Source of the DNA: Dehalococcoidia bacterium
GTDB lineage: Bacteria > Chloroflexota > Dehalococcoidia > UBA2979
Direction: 5' to 3'
DNA: 64,000 nucleotides
Assembly (NCBI GenBank): GCA_965219085.1
Contig: OZ244720.1
Location: forward strand, 2,592,001-2,656,000
The notes under the pieces were generated by a model. It had not been told where the DNA came from and made no database searches. It saw only the letters and a program-made list of their open reading frames with translations. This document shows positions 58,134 to 64,000 of this stretch, piece by piece. A program made the position numbers and the translations under genes. How positions within the stretch are numbered: position 1 is the stretch's first letter; the number at the start of each line of letters is the position of its first letter.

Positions 58134-59281
58134 CGCGCGCTCGTTTCGCCATCGGCCCCAACAGTGGACACGAGGATCGCCGCGATGGCGGTCGTGATCG
58201 GCACGGCGGCCACGATGCCCATGCTGCCCATGAGCGTGCGCACGATCTCCGTCGCGAACAGGTCGCGGCTGATCAGCAGCCCGAGTGGCTCGGGCTGCGC
58301 CGCGAGCAGCACGACGAGTGGGAGCGACGCGCTGACGTAGGCAAGTACCAGCGTGTTCACGGTTGAGGCAATGTGGTCGCGGCCCACGTTCAGCGCCCGC
58401 GCGAACAGCTCGGTCGCGCCGAGGCGGTCGTTGGCGCGCCTCAGCTCGAACACCGTCGAGGCCTGCGTAGCGGTGACATCGTCGAGCACGCCGAGCGCGC
58501 CGATGATGATGCTCGCGAGCAGCAGCCCGCGTGCGTCGATCGTGTTGTGCGAGAGGATGTTGAGCGCGATCGCATGCTCGTCGGCGAGCCCGGTCAGCTC
58601 CGTGAACGCCACGCCGAAGCGTGCGAACACGAAGACGAGCGCGAGGCTGAGTGCGGTGCCGCTGATGGCCGCTACGGTCTTCCAGTTCGCCCCGTGCGCA
58701 AGCACGAGTGTAGAGAACGCGATCACCATTGCGCCGATCACCATGGTCGCGACGGGGTCCCAGCCGGTGAGTATGGCGGGGATGATGAAGCGCACGATCA
58801 CGAGGAAGCTCGCCGCCAGCCCGACCAGCGACCACACGCCTCGCCACCGCCCCACGACTGCCACCAGTGCCGCGAACGCGATCACCAGCACCCACAGCGC
58901 GAGCGTCCGCGAGCGGTCCGCGATGTAGTAGGTAGTCCCGTCGGGCGTCTCGTTCGCCGTCACGAGCACGCGGTCGCCGGGCGTGACGTGGATGCCGACC
59001 GGGTCGTCCTCGGCGAACTGCCGCTCGATGGCGACCTGTTCGCCGCCGCTCAGCCGCACGGTGACGCGCTCGCTGCGGATGACGCCGACCTCGCTCGGGC
59101 GGCGGTCGGTGACCTCGACGGTGAGCACCTCGGCGTCAGTGGAGTCGGCGCCGAACGGGTTGAGCGCGGGCACCTCGAAGGCGGCGACCGCCGGCACGAC
59201 GGCGATGGTCACGAACAGCACGAGCGCGACGGCGCCGTAGGTGAGCGCATGCGTGTGGAGGAGCAAGGAGCGCACTGTCAC
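58130..59281 (-). CDS. YibE/F family membrane protein
   Basis: IGALGVLDDVT, VGRDHIASTVNTLVLAY. Confidence 0.88.
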   Translation of the reverse strand: MTVRSLLLHTHALTYGAVALVLFVTIAVVPAVAAFEVPALNPFGADSTDAEVLTVEVTDRRPSEVGVIRSERVTVRLSGGEQVAIERQFAEDDPVGIHVTPGDRVLVTANETPDGTTYYIADRSRTLALWVLVIAFAALVAVVGRWRGVWSLVGLAASFLVIVRFIIPAILTGWDPVATMVIGAMVIAFSTLVLAHGANWKTVAAISGTALSLALVFVFARFGVAFTELTGLADEHAIALNILSHNTIDARGLLLASIIIGALGVLDDVTATQASTVFELRRANDRLGATELFARALNVGRDHIASTVNTLVLAYVSASLPLVVLLAAQPEPLGLLISRDLFATEIVRTLMGSMGIVAAVPITTAIAAILVSTVGADGETSAR

Positions 59282-59343
59282 GCGGGCAGTCTGCCCGCGC
59301 TGCACGCCCCGCGCCACCGCGCCGCGCGACGTATGATCGACGC

Positions 59344-59799
59344 ATGAGTGACGTCGCGGCTCCGCTTGTGCAGCGCCGGCCTTCGCCCGCCGTACCACGG
59401 CGGCTCCTCGGCTTCGCAGTACTCGCTGCGGTCGTCGCCTGGGCGATCGTGCAGGGGGCGCACTCTCACGACGGCTTGCAGCCGGTCGCCGCCGACCTTT
59501 CGGGCGCGGAGGTCTCGCGTGTCATCCACGTCGACGCGTCGACGGGGCAACTGGACCTCGAGGATGTCGCGGTCGCGCCCGGTGAGATGGTGGAGTTCGT
59601 GCTCGACGGCAGCGGGGGATCGGGGCACCGCTTCGTGCTCAACGGCCTCACCGGCGCCGCGATCCAGCAGCGCAGGGCGCCGAACGGCGACGTGATCGTG
59701 CGCGTGCAGGCGCCGCAGAGCGGCGCGCTCAGCTTCTTCTGCGCGATTCCGGGCCACGAGGGCCTGCACGGCAGCCTCGTCGTCGGGGTCGGAGACTAG
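59344..59799 (+). CDS. Membrane-anchored cupredoxin-like protein
   Basis: TM helix; HRF and FFCAIPGH copper-site pattern. Confidence 0.7.
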   Translation: MSDVAAPLVQRRPSPAVPRRLLGFAVLAAVVAWAIVQGAHSHDGLQPVAADLSGAEVSRVIHVDASTGQLDLEDVAVAPGEMVEFVLDGSGGSGHRFVLNGLTGAAIQQRRAPNGDVIVRVQAPQSGALSFFCAIPGHEGLHGSLVVGVGD

Positions 59800-60587
59800 G
59801 CGGAACCCCTCGACGCACGCGCTTGGCCGGGCCGGCCGTGCAGCGCCGGCTCGAGGCCATGGGCACGCAGCAATTCGCTGTCACCGAGGATCGCCTCGGT
59901 GGGGCCGTCGCCGACGACCCGTCCAGCCGACAGCACGACCACGCGGGTCGCGAGGCCGCGCGCCATCGCGAGGTCGTGTGTGGCGATGAGCTGCGTCTGC
60001 GGCAGCTCGCGCAGCAACTCGATCAGCTCGTGGCGCGCGGCCGGTGCGAGCGACGCCGTCGGCTCATCGAGCACGAGGACATCGGGGCGCATCGAGAGCA
60101 CGGTAGCGATGGCGACGCGTTTCTTCTCGCCGACGCTGAGCCGGTGCGGCGTCCGGTCCTCGTAGGCCTCCATCCCCACCTCGGCGAGGGCGGCGCGCGA
60201 GCGCGCCAGCACCTCGTCGGCGTCGAGGCCCTGGTGCAGCGGCCCGTAGGCGACGTCGTCGAGCACGGTGGGGGAGAAGAGCTGGTCGTCGGGGTTCGAG
60301 AACAGCAGCCCCACGCGCGAGCGGATCGACCGCACCGTGTCGTCGGTCAGCGGCTCGCCGAAGACCTCGATCGTCCCCTCGCCGCGGATCAGCCCGTTGA
60401 GGAGCCGCATGAGCGTGGACTTGCCGGCGCCGTTCGGGCCGATCACGGCCACGAGTTCGCCTCGCGCGATGTCGAGGTCGATGCCGCGCAGGCCGGGGGT
60501 GCCGTCCGGGTAGTCGTAGCGGACGCCGCGCAGCCGCAGTGCCGGCGCATCTTCGTGGAGGGGCGGTTGGGCCCCGTTCGTGCTCAC
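59796..60587 (-). CDS. cbiO: Co/Ni ECF transporter ATPase
   Basis: GPNGAGKST, NPDDQLF, LSVGEKKR, LDEPT. Confidence 0.9.
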   Translation of the reverse strand: MSTNGAQPPLHEDAPALRLRGVRYDYPDGTPGLRGIDLDIARGELVAVIGPNGAGKSTLMRLLNGLIRGEGTIEVFGEPLTDDTVRSIRSRVGLLFSNPDDQLFSPTVLDDVAYGPLHQGLDADEVLARSRAALAEVGMEAYEDRTPHRLSVGEKKRVAIATVLSMRPDVLVLDEPTASLAPAARHELIELLRELPQTQLIATHDLAMARGLATRVVVLSAGRVVGDGPTEAILGDSELLRAHGLEPALHGRPGQARASRGSA

Positions 60588-61372
60588 AGCCGCACCGCCG
60601 CCTGCACCGCGCAGCCGTAGAGCACCACGACCACCGCGACGACTGCCGCACCCACGCCCACGCGGGGCGTCGCGAGGTGGCGCTGCTCCCCGTCATAGCC
60701 TCGCGCGAGCATCGCCGCGTGCACGCGCTCGCTGCGCTCGATGGAGCGGACGAAGAGCGTGCCGACGAGGTTGCCTGCGACGCGCGCACGCCAGCGCAGG
60801 CCAACGCCGGCGCGGCGGCCCTCGATCGCGGCGCTGCGGCTCGAGCGCGCCTGGAGCATGCGGGACGCCTCGTCGGTGACGACGAACAGGTAGCGATACG
60901 CGAACTCGACCGATGCGACCAGCAGCCTCGGCAGCCGCAGCGCGCGCAGCGCCCGCAGTAGCGCCGGCGCCTCGGTGCTCGCCATCAGCACCACGGCGAC
61001 AACGACGGAGAGCCAGGACTTCCCGAGGATGGTCGCGACTGCCACTGCTCCCTCGTCGCTGATCGTCCAGCCGAGCACGGGCAGCTCGGCGATCACCTCG
61101 CCGGGCCGCGTGAACAGCAGCGGCAGCGCCACGAGCAGGAACGGCACGGCGAGGAGTGCGCGCCCGAATACGAGACGCAGCGGCAACCTCGACGCCAGCA
61201 CGACGACGCCCACGGGCAGGACGAGCAGCGCGAGCGCCGTCCAGTCGCCCTCGCGCGTGAACGTGATCACGAAGATGAAGGCGATCGCGGCGACCAGCTT
61301 CACCCGCGCGTCGGCGCGATGCACGAGGCTGTCGCGCGCGTGGTATCGCTCAAGGAGCGCGGGGACGGCCAT
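60584..61372 (-). CDS. cbiQ: Co/Ni ECF transporter T component
   Basis: HRADARVK, YRYLFV, AMLARGY. Confidence 0.9.
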   Translation of the reverse strand: MAVPALLERYHARDSLVHRADARVKLVAAIAFIFVITFTREGDWTALALLVLPVGVVVLASRLPLRLVFGRALLAVPFLLVALPLLFTRPGEVIAELPVLGWTISDEGAVAVATILGKSWLSVVVAVVLMASTEAPALLRALRALRLPRLLVASVEFAYRYLFVVTDEASRMLQARSSRSAAIEGRRAGVGLRWRARVAGNLVGTLFVRSIERSERVHAAMLARGYDGEQRHLATPRVGVGAAVVAVVVVLYGCAVQAAVRL

Positions 61373-61387
61373 GCGCGGCCCGCCGCG

Positions 61388-61723
61388 CTACCGCGGCCCG
61401 CTGGAGGCCGCGCCGCCTCGGCGGTTGCGGGCCGAGCGCGCGCGCAGCACCCGCACGGCGAGCAGCGTGATGCCCGCCACCACGAGCGCACCGATCACGC
61501 CCGAGAGGACCGTCGACGCGGCCTCGTTGTCCACGCCCGGGATGGTGTAGTCGGGCAGCAGCTCGAACCGTGCGCCCTCGGCGCCATCGGCGAAACCCTG
61601 GTCCTGGGCGACGCGCTCCAGGCCGTCGGGGCTGCTCGACGCATTCGGCGCCAGCACCAGCACGACGAGCAGCGCGACGGCGAGCCCGCCCGCGAGCAGC
61701 GCGAGGTTCCCGCGACGCACCAC
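61388..61723 (-). CDS. PDGLE-domain (NikN-like) ECF component
   Basis: ASSSPDGLERVA, LPDYTIPG, two TM helices. Confidence 0.88.
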   Translation of the reverse strand: MVRRGNLALLAGGLAVALLVVLVLAPNASSSPDGLERVAQDQGFADGAEGARFELLPDYTIPGVDNEAASTVLSGVIGALVVAGITLLAVRVLRARSARNRRGGAASSGPR

Positions 61724-62421
61724 TACACCTCCGCCCGGGCATGCCGCGCGAGCAGGTCCGGACGTGCCGCGCGCACGAGGCCGAGCGCGCCCACGGTGAT
61801 GAACCCCTCGCCGATCCCGATCAGGGCGTGCACGCCGAGCATCGCGGGTAGTGCGACCTCGAGCGGCGAGGTGTTGGATGCCGCTAGCTGGAACGTCGTC
61901 GCGATCGCGGCCGCCTCGACGGAGAGCCAGGCGGCGGCGAACGCCGCCACGGCGGGCACCGCCGGGTGGAGGGCGCGCAGGGGGTGGAGCGCGCGGTACA
62001 CGGCCCAGCCGACCAGGACGGTGAGCACGGCCATGTTGAGCGTGTTCACGCCCAGGGCCGCCAGCCCGCCGTCCTGGAAGAGCAGCGCCTGCAGCGCGAC
62101 CACAGCGGTCATGACGATGATCGCCGCCCATGGCCCGAGCAGGATCGCGGCGAGCGCGCCGCCCAGCAGGTGGCCCGAGGTGCCGCCCGCGACCGGGAAG
62201 TTGACCATCTGGCCGGCGAAGATGAACGCGGCCATTACGCCCATCAGCGGGGCCGCGCGCTCGTCGAGGTTGCGGTCCGCGCGGCGCGCCGCGAGTGCGA
62301 TCACCGCGCCTGCGACCACCCACCCCGCAGCCGCGACCGGGGCGCTGACGAACCCGTCCGGGATGTGCAGCGCGGGCGCCTCGGCGGCTGCGATGACGGT
62401 GACGGGGTCGATGTTCGCCAT
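61723..62421 (-). CDS. cbiM: Co/Ni ECF substrate-binding component (CbiM/NikM)
   Basis: HIPDGF, GGTSGHLLGG, QALLFQDGG. Confidence 0.92.
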   Translation of the reverse strand: MANIDPVTVIAAAEAPALHIPDGFVSAPVAAAGWVVAGAVIALAARRADRNLDERAAPLMGVMAAFIFAGQMVNFPVAGGTSGHLLGGALAAILLGPWAAIIVMTAVVALQALLFQDGGLAALGVNTLNMAVLTVLVGWAVYRALHPLRALHPAVPAVAAFAAAWLSVEAAAIATTFQLAASNTSPLEVALPAMLGVHALIGIGEGFITVGALGLVRAARPDLLARHARAEV

Positions 62422-62436
62422 GGTCGGGGCCGTGCC

Positions 62437-62877
62437 CTAGCCGCTCGCGGGGCGGCAGTCCGGGCAGAGGCCCGGGATCGCGAGGTGACGGATGTCGGCC
62501 TCGAACCCGGCTTGCTCGCGGATCTCGGCCTCGGCGAGTCGCAGCGAGGCGAGTTCAACCACCTCGGTGCGGCCGCACGAGCTGCACTCGATGTGGTGGT
62601 GCGTGGTGCCGGGCTCGTTCCACTCGTAGACGGTGGTGCCGGAGGCGCCCCGCAGCTCGGAAGTGAGCTGCAGGTTCGTCGCGGTTTCGAGCGTGCGGTA
62701 GACCGTCGAGAGCGAGATGTCGGCGAGGGGATCGTCGCCGTGCACGCGGTCGAGGATCTGCTCCGCGCTCTGATGCTCGTCGGCGTGGCGGAGCGCGCTG
62801 AGGATCTTGGCGCGCTGGATGGTCAGCCGGCGCCCGCGTTCGCGGACGGCCTGCGCGATCTCGGGTTCGCAGCTCAC
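62437..62877 (-). CDS. Fur-family metalloregulator
   Basis: RLTIQR, STVYRTL, HHHIECSSC, GLCPDC. Confidence 0.9.
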   Translation of the reverse strand: MSCEPEIAQAVRERGRRLTIQRAKILSALRHADEHQSAEQILDRVHGDDPLADISLSTVYRTLETATNLQLTSELRGASGTTVYEWNEPGTTHHHIECSSCGRTEVVELASLRLAEAEIREQAGFEADIRHLAIPGLCPDCRPASG

Positions 62878-62905
62878 GGTCGAGCCCCCTTCGCTGCGCG
62901 GATTC

Positions 62906-62935
62906 GCTGCTGCGAATCTTTGCAGCAGCATTGTA
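62906..62935 (-). promoter_or_regulatory. Palindromic operator next to a TACAAT -10 element of the fur-cbiM operon
   Basis: GCTGCTGC-GAATCTTT-GCAGCAGC at 62906-62929; ATTGTA at 62930-62935. Confidence 0.6.
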
Positions 62936-63016
62936 TAGCACCCGTTCCGGCTATCAAGCGCGCGCGGGGACTATGCTCGCGATTCCGGGACGCGGGAGGA
63001 GGCCACCATCGACGCA

Positions 63017-63523
63017 GTGCTGATCGTCGTGGTGGTCGCGGCCAAGTACCTGCTGCCGCTGCTGCTCATCCCGTTCCCCTTCTTCGCGGGCTGGGGGAAC
63101 TTCATCCTCGACAGCGCCGACGGCGAGCTGCTGATCCCGCTGGGGCTCTCGGACCCCGTGTACCAGCAGATCGACAAGTCTGCCGACTACGTCACGTACA
63201 TCTGCATGGTGGTCGCGGCGTGGCGCTGGCCGCTGCGGCGCGCGGTGATCGCGCTGTTCGCGCTGCGCACGGTCGGCCAGGCGCTCTTCTTCATCACGGG
63301 CAACGAGATCGTCTTCTTCCTGTTCCCGAACTTCCTCGAGCCGCTGTTCCTCGTCTACGCCACCATCCTGCTGTTCAAGCGGTCGGACGCCGCGGCGTTC
63401 TTCGCGCGCCACGCGATCGTGATCTGGGTGCTGGTGATCGCGTACAAGCTACAGGACGAGTTCGTCACGCACGTCGCCAACGTCGACCGCTCCGAGCTGA
63501 TCGGCCGCCTCTTCGGCGGCTGA
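63017..63523 (+). CDS. Hypothetical membrane protein
   Basis: Several hydrophobic helices; typical codon usage. Confidence 0.75.
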   Translation: MLIVVVVAAKYLLPLLLIPFPFFAGWGNFILDSADGELLIPLGLSDPVYQQIDKSADYVTYICMVVAAWRWPLRRAVIALFALRTVGQALFFITGNEIVFFLFPNFLEPLFLVYATILLFKRSDAAAFFARHAIVIWVLVIAYKLQDEFVTHVANVDRSELIGRLFGG

Positions 63524-63594
63524 GCACGGCCTGACGCGCGAGGGCGGTGCCGGCCTGGGCGCCGCGTGCCGCGAGGGGCGAACGGGGTGTGGTG

Positions 63595-63669
63595 TGGAGC
63601 GGGAGATGGGATTCGAACCCACGGCCCTCTGCTTGGAAGGCAGATGCTCTACCCCTGAGCTACTCCCGC
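63595..63669 (-). tRNA. tRNA-Gly (TCC)
   Basis: Anticodon loop CTTCCAA, T-arm, CCA. Confidence 0.95.
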
Positions 63670-63766
63670 CCGGGGTGATCCATTCAAGCGATGAGGCCGC
63701 GCGCGGTCAATGCGAGCACCCGGTGCATCCCTCGCACACAACGCGCGCGCCGTCGAACATGGCCGC

Positions 63767-64000
63767 ATGGCAAGCCTGATTCGGCATCTGCTCCCGGCGG
63801 CGCTGCTCGCCGCCGTCCTGCTCGGCGCCCTCGACTCGCCGGATAGGGCGAGCGCACAGGGACCGTTCGAGGCGGGTGAGCAGGTCGTCGTGAGCGCGGA
63901 CGGCGACTGCCTCAACCTGCGGGCGGGTGCAACGATCCTCGCAAGCGTCATCAGCTGCGTCGCCGACGGCACGCTCCTCACCGCGCTCGGAGGGCAACGG
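63767..64000 (+). CDS. Secreted SH3-domain protein, partial
   Basis: Signal peptide followed by VSADGDCLNLRAG; runs off window. Confidence 0.7.
   Translation, partial: MASLIRHLLPAALLAAVLLGALDSPDRASAQGPFEAGEQVVVSADGDCLNLRAGATILASVISCVADGTLLTALGGQR

Overview
High-GC bacterial DNA; the gene style and the GAAC-N4-GTTC boxes suggest Chloroflexota/Dehalococcoidia, but this is inference. Positions 1 to about 49.95 kb are accessory DNA: an integrative conjugative element (ICE) inserted at the 3' end of tRNA-Gln(TTG). It carries a large serine recombinase, a cluster of HTH regulators including a LexA DNA-binding-domain-only protein, a monoderm-type T4SS (VirB6-like, pilins, PrgI-like, VirB4, VirD4), a Replic_Relax/MOBC-type relaxase, and a DNA-processing operon (primase, Rad52/Sak, two SSBs, RadC, methyltransferase, helicase). 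The helicase appears cut off at about 24.83 kb by what looks like a second, nested mobilizable element that runs off the left edge. That element has its own relaxase paralog, a diverged copy of the ICE's ~300-bp oriT/operator-like region, an Hhe-type anti-phage helicase-nuclease, and a 4,506-aa kexin-protease/adhesin translationally coupled to a free-standing prodomain-like protein. SOS-box-like sites sit at several control points of both elements. From 50 kb to the end is host chromosome: histidine decarboxylase, metabolic genes, tRNAs and a Fur-regulated Ni/Co ECF transporter. All family assignments come from motif recognition by eye, not database searches.
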